This document shows, piece by piece, positions 14,180-26,562 of a DNA stretch of 64,000 nt. The stretch is from contig OZ336876.1 of the NCBI GenBank assembly GCA_965287045.1, forward strand, positions 5,146,001-5,210,000. Reading direction: 5' to 3'. Each line of letters starts with the position of its first letter. Position 1 is the stretch's first letter. The DNA comes from Carcharhinus amblyrhynchos. Its lineage: Eukaryota. Under the pieces are notes generated by a model that did no database searches, was not told the DNA's origin, and saw only the letters and a program-made list of their open reading frames with translations. Both the position numbers and the translations under genes were made by a program.

Positions 14180-17100
14180 GTAGCACAAGGATAGACAAAA
14201 TGACGACGTTGCTGGAGAGATCGTGTAGCCGGGAGGGATTCAGATTCTTGAGGCACAAGGAGCAGTTTTGGCAAGGTGGGACGAGTAACAAGCACATAGA
14301 CCGCCCCGGGTTGGAACCAATGTCCTTGGGATCTTTTCGCTAGTTTGCTTGGGTCTATTTAGAGGCTAGTGGGGTTTTGGAATTCAATGCCCGGAGTAGG
14401 ATCAGATTGTTCTGATTCAGGTCAGTTAAATGAAGGTAAATCATTGGCTAGTAATATTGATGATGTCGTGATAATAGACCTGGGAATGCAGGAGAAGGAA
14501 AGTTTTAAAAGTGCCTAGCAAGCAAAATTGATGGGGTTAAACTGTTTATATTTCAATGCAAGTAGTATTACAAGCAACTTCGATGTGGTAAGGGCAGGTA
14601 GATATATGCTATTTTAATGTCACTGCTGTACTAAAAACATGACTAAAAGAGGTGGAAACCAGGCAGCTCAATATCTGTGGGTATAGAATGGGAGATAAAA
14701 AGGAGAGGGAGCAGTATTTAGTGATTAGAAATTAAATTCCAGTTCGAAGACGGGATGACATATTGTTTGGATGAACGAACGAAGCTTCGTAGGTTGAAAT
14801 AAAAAGGGGCAGTCACACGACACAAGGTATAATATTGACCCCCAATGATGAAAGAGCAATAAAAGAACAATTATTTAGAAAGCTTCCTGCTTGTCAGAAA
14901 AGGAGGGTTAATAATGATAGATGACTTAACTATCCCAAGATCAACTGGTATTCAAAACTATTTAAAGGGCACTGAGTGAGAAAAATTCATGGAGCGTGCC
15001 CAGGAATTTATTTTTCAACTACTTATTGACAAATCTAAAAAGAGGAGGGACAATTCTAGACCTTATCTTGGGAAACGAAGAAGGGGAAATCGATGAGTTG
15101 ATTGCTGTGTGAGTGACAATATCTGGGATGCTGATCACAATTCCATTAGATTTAGCATTGCCATGGAAGAGGGCAGAGATAAAACTGGAATGACAGTTTT
15201 GAACTGAGGGTAGGCAATCTGAATGAGGATGCACTTGTTTGAGGTGAACTGGACAACGCTTCTTGGGAATGCATCAGTGGAAAACCAATGGGAAGCACTA
15301 AAAAGCAAGATCATAGTGGTCATGAAAGTGAGCAGTGACCACGATATGATAGAATGTGCCCGGCAGTTTGAGAAGGAGAAGCTGGAATCAGATGTAACTG
15401 TATTACATTTAAACAAAGGTAACTACAAAGGGAGAAGCTGGCTTTGTAGGCTCCTGTTTGGAATGGGAGCCTAACAAGGGGTACAGTAGAACAGCAATGG
15501 CTGTATTTCTTTTTGGGAGGGGGACGTCAATCGGGGGGCACAACCGGAGTTCATCTCAAGGAGGCGGAAAAATGCAAGGGACGGCTGAGGCATCCATTTC
15601 TGGCGAGGGAAGTCAAGGACAACTTAAAAGCAAAATAAAAAGCCTACAAAGTGGCGAGGATTAGTGGGAAACCAGCGGATTAGGATGATCTTTAAAGAGC
15701 AGAGAACAACTAAAAAGAGCAAGAAGCAGGAAGAAGTTGAAACATGGGTGTAAGCTAGCTAGTAATATAAAAGAAAATAGGAACAGTTTTTTTTGATATA
15801 CAAAAGGTAGGATAGGCAAAATTAGATAATGGACCCCTGGAAAATGACGCTGGAGAAGTACTAATAGGAAACAAAGAAATGACAGAGGATCTGGACAGTT
15901 ATTTTGTGTCAGTCTTCACGGTGGATGACACCAGAGGGTTGCAGGCTCCAGGAGACTTGGGGACACAGATGAGTGCAGTGGCCATCGCCAGGGTGAAGAT
16001 CCTGGGGAAACTGAAAAGTCTGAAGGTTTCAAATCTTCAGACTGGTGAAGGATGCACCACATCCTGTGGTTCTATAAAAGATATTGTGGATGTCATGGAG
16101 GCATTGGTGGTGATCTTCGGGAATTACTCGAGGCAGGAAGGGTCCAGACGACTGGAAAATATTTAATGTAACACTGCTAGTTAAGAAGGGAGGAAAGCCG
16201 CAGACGGGCAATTATAGGTTGGTTTGCCTGAATTCGTTCATTGGCAAGATTTTAGAGTCCATTATTAAAGATTGGATGGCAAGTACATCGAAATGCATGA
16301 TAAAATAGGACTGATTCAGCACGGCTTCGTGAAGGGGAAGTCATGTCTGACAAATCTGTTAGAGGTTTTTGAGGAAGTAAGAAGGAAGTTAGCTAAAGGA
16401 GAACCAGCGGATGTGATTTATTTATATCTTCAGAAGGCATTTGACAAAGTGCAAAATAGAAGACCATTAAATAAGTTAAGCGCTCATGGTGTTAACTTTA
16501 AGATCCTGTCATGATTAGAGAATTAGCTGACTGCCAGAAGGCAGAGAGTAGGGATGAAAGGCTTCTGTCACGATGGCAGTGGTTGATTAGTGATGTGCCT
16601 CAGGGGTCGGTGCTGGGAACACAACTTTTCACAATATACTTCACCACTTTGGAAGAGGGAAGTTGCTAAGTTTTCAGATGGTACAAAGACATGTAGAGGG
16701 GCAGGTATCATTGAGGAAGAGAAAGAGGCGGTAGGGGGCTGCAGAAGGGTTTGGACAGGCTAGGAGAGCAAACAAGTGCCACATGGAAGAGTGTGCACTT
16801 TAGATGGAGGAATGGAGATATAGGTTATTTTCTGAATGGGGACATACTTAGGAATCAGAAGCACAAAGGGACTTCGGAGTCCTTGTATAAGATTCTCTTA
16901 AAGTCAATGTATAGGTTCAGTTGGAATTTAGGGAGGCAAATGCCTTCATGTCGAGAGAGCTAGAGCACAACAGAAGGGATGTACTTCTGAGATTGTATAA
17001 GGTTCTAATCAGGCTTCATTTGGAGTATTGTGATCAGTTTTGGGCCCCGTATCTCAGGAAGGATGTGTCTGCCTTGGAGTGGGTTCTGAGGATGTTCATA

Positions 17101-17572
17101 AGAATGATCCCTAGAACGAAGAGCTTGTCATATGAGGAACGGTTGAGGACTCTGAGTCTGTACTCGTTGGAGTTTAGAAGAATGAAGGGAGTTCTTATTA
17201 AAACTTACAGGATATTGCGAGGTCTGGGTAGAATGGACGGGGAGAGGATGATTCCTCTAGTAGGAAAAACCAGAACCAGAGGACCCCAGGTCAAAAGGAT
17301 GATCCTTTAAAATAGAGATAAGGAGGAATTTCTTCAACCAGAGAATGGTCAATCCGGGGACCCCTTCACCGCAGAAGGCCATGGAAACCAGGTCATTGAG
17401 TATCTTTAAGACAGAGATAGTTATGTTATTGATTAATATAGGGATCCGCTGTTATGGGGAAAAAGCAGGAAAATGGGGATGAAAAAAACAAGAGATATGA
17501 TTGAATGACGGAGCAGACTCGATGGGCTGAGTGGCCTAATTGTGCTCCTTTGTCTTATGGTCTTGTGCTCTT
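14180..17572 (+). mobile_element. Long degenerate CR1 LINE (ORF1 end, endonuclease, RT, 3'UTR) in the G2 intron
   Basis: GFRFLRH (ORF1), DLILGNE, SDHDMIE, QHGFVKGKSCLTNLLE, PQGSVLG and LEYCDQFWAP motifs. Many stops; ends in a tcttatgg tail. Confidence 0.88.
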
Positions 17573-17589
17573 ATAAATGTACAAAGTTG

Positions 17590-18129
17590 ATACTGGTGAA
17601 ATTCAGAAGTTTGTTTCTGTTTCTTGTTCTCTCTCCAGAGGCGTCACCTCCGAAAATAAGAGTGTGTTCAGATCCAAGCCGGGAATTATAATGTGCTTCA
17701 TAAAGTTAGCATACACTGTATGTTAACACCTGAGTTTGGCGTGGGCGAGAATAAGGTTTATCACTCAGTCATGATTCAAGGACACCACAAGGAAAATTCT
17801 ATCAAACAAAGTCTTAAGAACACAGTGAAAAGTTAACTTTAAAAAATTAGCATCAATTTTACCACTTACTATATTCAAACACAACGCATATAAACCTATC
17901 TGTTGTTCCAAGTCAATCACCATCACACAAACATGAACTCTTTTCTAGACTTGGTGAAAAAAGCAAGCATGCTCAAGTGACATTGGGTTTTCAGCTTTGT
18001 TACACCCGCTACGGAATAATGCTTTGGATGTTGGATCATTTCTCTGAGACTTCCGAGTTCTGGAACCTTCTAAAACGCCTCTGGAGAGAGAATAAGAAAC
18101 AGAAACAAATTTCTGAATTTCACCAGTAT
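17590..18129. repeat. 55-bp inverted repeat (arms 17590-17644 and 18075-18129)
   Basis: atactggtgaaattcagaaRtttgtttctgtttcttRttctctctccagaggcgt matches the reverse complement of the second arm with 2 mismatches. Confidence 0.9.
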
Positions 18130-18543
18130 ATAACTGACATTTTTTTTTCAACTCCGGAGAGGGGAAAACAGATGACGCTGCTTCTTCTCTCAAATCCAAA
18201 TAGCGTCTGAGAAAATCAAACTAAAGACAACAACTTCAGAGAGTGGGGAAAGTCACAGTTGATGCTCTCCAGTTCAGGCAACTGCTAAAAAGCAAAACTA
18301 AAAAAATGGACTTTTCTGCTTTTATCACATGACATAAATAGCCAGTGAATTTCCATTGAACAATCCCAAGGGAGCATTAAAACACATAGGACCTTGCATT
18401 AGTCCAGCTTAAAATTAACATTATATCAATTATGCAGCTTCAGTAACACACATAGGATACCGGTTACAGACATTATTGTACCAACAAGGTCTTGAAAAGG
18501 AGCATGATTAAAATACACTTTTTAAAGATACAGTAAAGCCACA
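17721..18543 (-). mobile_element. Putative 3' LTR of a Gypsy element
   Basis: On the minus strand a polypurine tract (ggaaggaggag) is followed by TGTGG at 18543; the segment ends ...gttaACA at 17721, directly downstream of pol remnants. Confidence 0.6.
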
Positions 18544-18699
18544 GCTCCTCCTTCCAAAAAAATGAACCATCAATATTCAAAGATGGCCTCAATTTTCAAT
18601 CTTAATTTGCACACTGCTGGTACACTACAATTGATATACAAACACTTCATAAAATCAAAACTTGCAAACATAATAGGAGTATAGTCCATTTCAGCCCTT

Positions 18700-21130
18700 G
18701 TCTTCCACCATCGAACATTCCTCCTCTTGTCATCAAATCCGTGACTTGTTGGTGTGGTTCAGCTGCATCGTCGTTCCTCTCCAAAATGCTTCATCAGATG
18801 TTAATCCTGCTTTGATTGTGAATCCGACCTCAATTTTGTCGTAAAAATGTTAAATTAGCTCTGTCAATGTCCTTAGGAAGCAAGGTAGGATAAGAATAAT
18901 AAAATATTGCATGTGTGTAGTCAGCGCCATTCTGAAAGCTCATTTTAGCTCGGCCCCCCTTGTTCATCGACTATATCTCTTCTGTCTGACGGCAAAACTC
19001 ATCGGTTTGCTCTCGGTATTTACCATGCGCACCCTCTTTGGGAAAGAAACTCAGTGCATTGTCTTTCTGGGTATCAGAACCCACTGCAGCCAAGGTTTCA
19101 AAAGTTAGTGTGGCACTTACATTGCTGCAAAGAAACACCGCATCATCTTCAATGAACATCTGTGTTTCACTGAGCTATAGAGACTGTGCAGATTAATTTT
19201 TCAATCAGGGCATTTCGAATTATTAGAGAATTTCAGCAAACAATGAAATTTCTAGTTGTTGTCATGTACTTTGATCTGCACTAGTACGACACATCTGCTT
19301 CTCAATGTCCTTTTTAACATGACACACGCCTGTCGATTCATCTTCACTTTACTTTGCAGTGATGGTGAGCTGTTTGTGACAGCTCTAGTCAATTAAGTTC
19401 AACAACACAGGAGGAGGGTTGCACAAAGTCAACTTGTCTTGTATCTGTCTCCAGACCTTTCTTTATTCATGTTAGAATCATGGAATCCTACAGTGCAGAA
19501 ACACGCCCTTCGGCCCATCAAGTCTGCACGGAACACAATCCCACCCAGGCCCTACACCCATATCGCTACATATCATACCCACTAATCCCTCTAACCTACT
19601 CGTCCCTGGACATTAAGGGCCAATTTCTTAGTGTGGCCAATCAATCTAACCCACACATCTTTGGACTGTTTGAGGAAACCGGAGTACCCGGAGGAAACCC
19701 ACGCAGACACAAGGAGAACGTGCAGACTCCACACAGACAGTGGGCCGGGAAGCGAACCCAGGACCCTGGAGCTGTGACGCAGCAGTGCTAACCACTGTGC
19801 TACCGTGCCGCCCATCTGTGCTACTGTCTCGCCCGTTATTGTCCCGAAACTGGTTCTCCTCTCCACCTTCACCAGTTTTACATGACCTATCGACCTTTCG
19901 GCTACTGCACCTCAGATCGAGTAAACATCCGCTTTTCTTTCCAAACCTGTGCCAATTTGAGAGGACCATGTCTACAATGATACTGCTGAGCTAGAACAAC
20001 ATTTTCTACAACCAACTTTTGCATAACTACTTTAGTACGACATAGCTTTGTCACACATATCTGTCCAAATGATGTCAATAACTCTTTCAGGGAATTTGGC
20101 TCTGGAAGGCAACTCAATAATGTATTCCAATGTCTGATGAATTCCCAGTTATCCGATTTCATTTGAAGAATGTCATATTCAGAACTATCTGGCTTTGTTA
20201 GTAACCAGGAACGCAGCCTCGTTCTATTTTCTTTCCCCATTAAAAACACGTTCCGGCACATTCACATGACACACTCTGTGAGCTTTCCTTCTATCTGGCG
20301 TTTTTATCAGATAATTCAACTTCCTTAATGTTCTTCCAATTGAAAACCCTACTTTTCAAGGTTCACCTCCCACTGGTTGCAACAGTCAGGCTTTAAACTC
20401 AAAAGCAAACGCCAGATGTTGGATTTATAATCGCTGCTTGTTTAATCACATGACGCGCTAATTTTAAATTTTGCCTGCCCAATTCATCTGCGCTGTTCAA
20501 ACCTTCCGCAGCCTTTGAAACATTCTCAATAATATTGTCTCAGAACGCTGACTCACCAGTTCCTCCTCAATCAATGTAATCAATGTAAGTGGCCCTCTTA
20601 CCTCATGATCAAATATTAATTCAAATCGATAGAATTTGTTGATTTATTCGGCGCATCCCTAATTGCAAAGAGAACAAATGGAATTCATTCATCCCAATTG
20701 TCCAGATAAACTTGGCAATACCCACTCGGAATTGTCCTTAAAGCTTCATGCCACCGCTCTGATGCTGCCTGCTATTTTGGATGTTACACAATTGTTTTAA
20801 ATCGTTTTACTCCTAATCTATCCATAACAATCTTGAATAATTTTAACGAATAACTTGATCTTTAATTTGATTGCAATACTGCGGATAGTCCACAACTAGT
20901 AAAATATTTAAGCAATTCCTCTACAATGCTTTCAACTGTAACATTGCTTAATGGGTTATCCTCTAGAAATCCATCCATTATTATCAATAGATATAGATCT
21001 CATTTTCCCCTTTTATGCAGGGGTCCGATGCACTCAATTGAGATTCGTCTTAAAGGTTCCTCAATGCTGGAATGGATAGGATTTGTATTTGTTTGCGCAT
21101 CACCTACGATTTCCCTGTTCCCTGACGTGT
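18700..21130 (-). mobile_element. Degenerate Gypsy LTR retrotransposon pol (Gmr1-like order INT-RT-RH)
   Basis: Integrase core WDE.IPFVLFAIRDAPN..ELIF.HEVRGP (~20600-20720) and NYLIKTPDRRKAHRVCHVN (~20260-20320) lie upstream of RT/RNaseH-like remnants (~18900-20100). Confidence 0.7.
19473..19813 (-). mobile_element. Full-length HE1-like SINE nested in the Gypsy remnant
   Basis: gggcggcacggtagcacagtggttagcactgctg head, conserved core and gcactgtaggattccatgattct tail. Confidence 0.88.
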
Positions 21131-21319
21131 GAAACATGATCGGCAAAAATTCAACCGCATCCTTATGCAGACACGGCCAATAAAAATGTTATTTTTTATA
21201 TTAACTGGAGTTTTACTTACTCCCAACAAATCGTCTCCCATTGATTCCTCACACGCTATCTGCAACTACACGCTACAGGTAGTACCACTTGATTAAATTC
21301 CGAGCATTTTTCATCCACC

Positions 21320-22150
21320 TGAAAATGCAAATGCCCCCATTACCTCGTTAAGACACCCGCCGGGTGAAAACAATAAGGTTTTAGCGAGGTTTCATACTAG
21401 GCGCGAGACCCACAAGCATTATATTCAGCTCAGTTGGAAGGAAACCTGTGCGCAACTGCTTATGGTATGGAAATAACAATGTCGATATAATTAGTGGGCC
21501 CAAACTGTATTCTCCGAACTTCCTAGAATCTCCAGGCGTGGGGAGAGTGGTTCCCTGCAGCGGTGTTTAGGACTGCTCCTCACTAACGGGGAACAGGTAT
21601 CCCCACCTCGCTTGTGGTGTACAACACCTTGAGCTCCCCTTCCCCCCACCCCCCACCCAACTCGTGCGGTCGGGGGCAAGGGGCCTATATGGCAGTGCTA
21701 GTCTGGCACACTGGCACTGTTCAAGTGTCAAACGGACACCTTCTCACTGCCCACTTGGGAGCGGAGAGGTCCAGGAGACGGGGCCAGATGGTGGCCGAAC
21801 CTAGTGGGGGTGGGGTCTATTGAGGCTACTCAGAAGGTGTCCCATAGGCCAGAAATCGGAAGGGGAAGGGGTGGGCTGCTCTGGAAGGCTGGCTGTCAGG
21901 AGTATGAGGAGCTTCCCATGATCCGAGGCCAGCGATTGGGAGGCGAGTGAAAGAGTGGGAGAGGGGAGCAGTGACAGATCGGTACAGGTGCAGCTGCCTC
22001 CTCGGTACAATGCTGATGGAGTCTCGGGCGGTAAATGAAACCTTCCTTTATGATCCGATCTGAGAAAGGAAACCTCCAGACACGCACTAGTCTATCAGTA
22101 ATGGCACTAGGATTGTATACTGATATCCCTGCTCAAACTTTGGAGAATCA
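21320..22150. mobile_element. GC-rich non-autonomous DNA-transposon-like remnant
   Basis: GC-rich island in an AT-rich intron, resembling shark Harbinger-type elements from memory; termini not resolved. Confidence 0.35.
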
Positions 22151-24254
22151 TCTGCACTAGGACGTTACCCTGACATCCCTGCTCAACGTGTTAAACTTTC
22201 TAGTTCTAAGACACAAATGAGCTGTGAACAGTCCTGTACAGGAGAAGGAAAAATAAAATTTTCAATCTGTGATCAAGTGGAGCGCAGGAGTCATCATCAA
22301 ATGCGATGATAGGGCAAGAGACTTTAAACACGTAATTTATTGAAGAAATTTAATATGGATGATATTTTTGTTGTTATTGTTTTCTTCTCTGGATAAATCT
22401 CTGTCAGTTAACAGAGCAACACATATGTTCGTCAGTTCACATGTATCTTTTGGCAAGCAGGCAGCTCAGCGAGTTAGCTGCAAATGTCAAGTGCAGACAC
22501 TCTGAATCAGATAGGTAATAGTTTACCAATTCTTCCCTGACAGAAATGGGATATGTGTCGCCCAGAGCATTCTTGGTAACCACAAGTTATTAAACTCAGC
22601 GTTCAGGACACCCAGGCTGTCGATATTGTTCTGTGAGCAAGGAATTAATCAGCACCAGGTAACCTTCACAATAAATAAACTGAGCGAAAGATTAGTACAG
22701 ATGCAGAAAATTTAGGTAAAATTAGAAGTCGAGAGGTGGATCACCATTCAGTTGAATGTTAAAAGTCCTCGGTGTTGATTCAATGCGGTTCAAAACTGAA
22801 TACGGTCAATCAATTTCACTTCTCACGCACATTACATAACATTCTCTTGTCATCATAAAACAACAGAACATGAACTGGAGAGAGCAGTCTCTTGAAACCA
22901 TGTACCTGGGAAGAGTTGATTGGGTCCTGGCCATCCCGAGAGGAATTTACCAGAATGAGTGGTGCTTATTCTGAAATATTTAAGATCTAGGTGTGGGGAA
23001 AAAACTCCATTTGCTATCAAGGTCACAGTGCTGCCTTCGGCCTGTTACAATGTTCCAGTGAAGCTGAAAGAAAACTACAGGAACATTACTCATCTTCCGA
23101 TGAGACACTTTGCAGGTTGCTGGACACAACACTGAATTGAACATTTCAGACCATTCATTTGCTCCTTCAATGGGATTTATTCCGCTGAAGTGCCATTCTG
23201 TGCCTTTTTTAGGATTTGTTTTCCAGACAATGTTGCCTCCTTTGCTAATATTTGAAAACACAATATGCTACTTAGATCAAATTTTAGCCACTGGTGCAAT
23301 AATAATTACAAACCTTGTCTTCTGTTCCGATACAGTTGTGAGATAAACTGTTGTACCCTCCCCCCACCCCTCCCCAATCTATCCCTGATCTACTCTAACT
23401 GCACATGACACCACGGTACCACACCCCTTTACCCAACAGAATCTAACCGGTCACATGCCTTTCTCTCTCGACTGATGAAGAAGCATCTGATTGAACTGGA
23501 AATGCACACTTCTTTTCTTTCTTCACAGATGCTGCCACTTTTTTTCAGCATCTGCGATACTTCATGTTATTGTTTTTCATATCTTCAGGGCAATTGAACG
23601 GCTGGTAGCCAGAAACTGCAGAGCACAATTTTAAAAATAAAAAAGAGAACTCTCTTTTTCATTCGGGATAAGGTGAGATTTTTAATCACAAAAAAAGTGT
23701 GGATTTTGTGGCCCAAAAAGCAGTGAAAGTCGTGGCATTCAACATATTCATTTCTAATTTAAATAGGTGTTTGGTAATTAAAATAATGACTTATGAGTGC
23801 AGGAGGAGAGGAAATTCGAACTGAGTCAACATGCGGATGATTCATCGACGTATCGAATGCTGGAGCAGGTGCGAATGGTCTAGCCTTGTTCCAATGCTAT
23901 ATTTTCGAATATTCACAATGACTGACAACACAAGTTGTATATGGTCACTGAGATCAGAAGTTCCTCTCCAGCTGTGACAATGTATCATGCAGATACAGAC
24001 CTCAGCATTATTACCTTCCTTAGTTACCTGCACTGATGCCTGTGCGCTATGAAACCAAATTGGTTTTCTGGTCATACGTTTATTTTCCGTGCAAGTACCG
24101 TAATTAAGACTTGCAAATGGACAGGAAAATAACAGAGATATTTGTACAATGGTCAGCAGCAGATCAGCATAAAACTCATTCAACAGCACGTAGCACATTA
24201 AACATCTTAAAACCAGGCACAGACTAACACAATTCCAATGGTTTTGAGACTTAC

Positions 24255-24321
24255 CAGGAACCCCAATGGTGGTAAGGGCCGTATAGAATATTTTCCTGAC
24301 CATTTCTATTGGCGTATGCAT
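24255..24321 (-). CDS. Gene G2 exon 1 (MHTPIEMVRKIFYTALTTIGVP+G)
   Basis: ATG at 24321, 22 codons plus 1 nt, donor G|gtaagt. The nearest downstream exon 2 is at 13765 (intron ~10.5 kb). Homologous to G6 exon 1. Confidence 0.8.
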
Positions 24322-24405
24322 TTTTATTCCTATTAAGTGAATTATCTCTCTGTACTGGAGGAAACCTGTCTGACTTAAACTTTGAGATGTTTTCACAAAG
24401 TCTTT

Positions 24406-24486
24406 AATTTATACTCTGTAGAATGTCCCCTGGGTATTGAAGTTACAACATTTAATGTCGTAGGTTTTGAATAAACAGATGACGCC
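24406..24486 (-). promoter_or_regulatory. Putative G2 promoter: TATAAAT, O/E-like TCCCCTGGG (24426-24434), forkhead/E-box ATAAACAGATG
   Basis: Same motifs at similar spacing as in the G1 upstream region. Confidence 0.6.
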
Positions 24487-25189
24487 AACTATGTTAAATA
24501 CCTGTAGGTCTGGACTATTTTAGCTCTGTTTCTAAGTTGGAAAGAAAACGAATTTGAGGTTGATTCACTCAAAGATGGTCAACATCAACCAAACAACATC
24601 GGCCACATCTGCAGTTGCATCAATATTGCAATGAATTCTCTCAGTCACCATACCTTTCAACAGGGTCGTTCAGCTTGTTCCACATCTGAGTGCGATGATC
24701 TACTTAATGTTCATTCCCTGACTGACACATGGGACTTGTTATTTTCCAGCAATCGTAAATTCACAGTCTTACTTACCTGTATAGTTTATCAACACATGAT
24801 TGCGTGTTTTCTCATCTTATTCCAAAAGTTTTCTTTAGTTTCCGCTTCCCACAACATCAGTATCCGATAAATACCCTCCTGTCAATCGCTCTTCGAATTT
24901 TACGTGTTTCAATAAGATCAGCACTTTCCTCTGAACTCCAATTTCTACAGGCCCAGATGTTTCATACCTATACTTAAACGAGAACGTATTTAATTATACA
25001 ATTAGTAGACAAAATATTCTATGAATTGTCTCTAATGCAAAGTAAACACACCGTAAATATGAGAAACCGCATGTAGTAACTCAGGATGCTGTCTTACCAA
25101 TGCCAATGGCAATTCTAGCTGGTATCCTCTCGATGTTCTCTTTTACTAAAGGTCAACATTCTATTTCTTGATGCACATGCAAGGTATTT

Positions 25190-25580
25190 TTTAACTTTGA
25201 TTTGATTTATTGTCACATGCATTAGTATACAGTGAAAAATATCGCTTCTTGAGCCTTAAACAGATAAAGCATACTGTACATAGAGAAGGAAAGGCGGGAG
25301 TGCATAATGTACTGTTACAGTCAGAGTAAGGCTGTAGAGGAATGTCAGCTTAATACAAGGTAAGCCCATTCGGAAATCTGATGTCAGAAGGGAATAAGCT
25401 GTCCCTGAGTCGTTTGATACGTGAACTCAGACGTTTTAATATCTTTTTCGCGACCGCAGAAGATGGATGAGAGTATGAGCGGGTTGCGTGGGGTCCTGAA
25501 TTATGTTGGCCGCTTTGTCGAGGCAGCGGGAAGTGTAGATGGAGTCAATGGATGTGAGACCGGTTTGCCACATGGACATG
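25190..25580 (-). mobile_element. Rex1/Babar-type non-LTR retrotransposon 3' fragment
   Basis: SIYTSRCLDKAANIIQDPTQPAHTLIHLLRSRKRY resembles the IIKDPxHP..FxLLPSGRRYR C-terminal motif; aataaatcaaatc tail. Confidence 0.7.
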
Positions 25581-26562
25581 TATGCAAACTGCGACTTCTT
25601 CTCCTCCAAACTTCTGTCGTCCCATTGCATTTAAAATGTAATGAGACGACCAAAGCTCCTGCTCTTCCCACTGAAGAGTTTATGACCCCTAAGTGTCCCA
25701 GACTATATGCAGTGTGACACTTCCTGCCCATTCCGTTACCCTTTCTATCGCCCCTGTGTCCTTACATTTTGCTTCGTTAATATGTTAGTGTGAATAAACC
25801 TGTGTGTAATACACATGGCCTCATGATCTAAAATACTAATCATGTGCCTACCTTTCGGAGGCTTTATATTTGATCACGTGACAAATAAACAGCTTTGTTA
25901 TCTCATATGTGTAACAGTTATCCAGATATAAAACAAAATTCCTTGTGGACGTCTCACCCTCCCTCGCTGCTGATGTTCCAAAGTTGTGAGCAAGCCTTGT
26001 GAGGCAATCTTTTCATTGCCATATTATCGAGTGTACTTGTAAACTAAGTAAAATACATGAGGTATGGGGAAAGGCTGGGAAGACTTGGCGTGCATCCATT
26101 GGAGATTAGAAGAGTGAGGGGTGGAGGGGCTGGGGAGTGCTTGGTTGAAGTTAATAATTTCCTTAATGTTCTTGACAATATGGAATTGAGTTCAAATTCA
26201 AGGGTACTGTTCTAAAAAGAATAAATGGTTCTTTTTGAACAAAGCTGAGGATATTTTTTTCTCAGAGAGTTTTGAACCATTGGATTGAAAGGGTGGGGGA
26301 CGGAGGTTACCGATATTTTTTAATGCGGAGAGAGTTAGATTCTTGTTCCAGAAGGGAAAGAAACGTCATGATCGGAGTGTGGAGGAGGCTAGGTGATCAT
26401 GTCGAACTTGAAATGCAAATGAAATGAATGTTGGAGCAGTTTCTAAACATATAAATGTGCTTCGAATGAACATTTGATTGGGTGGGCAGAGGCAGTGCAC
26501 CGTATCCAACTAGCTGTTTTGGCCTCTGGGGGAGCGGGGAGAACACTAACCAACGAGACTTA

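Noticed and set aside
18364-18373. Perfect EBF palindrome TCCCAAGGGA
   Set aside because: Isolated 10-mer inside an LTR, far from any first exon; not distinguishable from chance.
22104-22186. Two ~33-bp direct repeats (gcactagga...tccctgctcaa); a similar pair at 9761-9860
   Set aside because: Small local duplications at repeat edges with no further structure.
23842-24396. 184-aa ORF as a separate gene
   Set aside because: It is G2 exon 1 read through from the 5'UTR into the intron.
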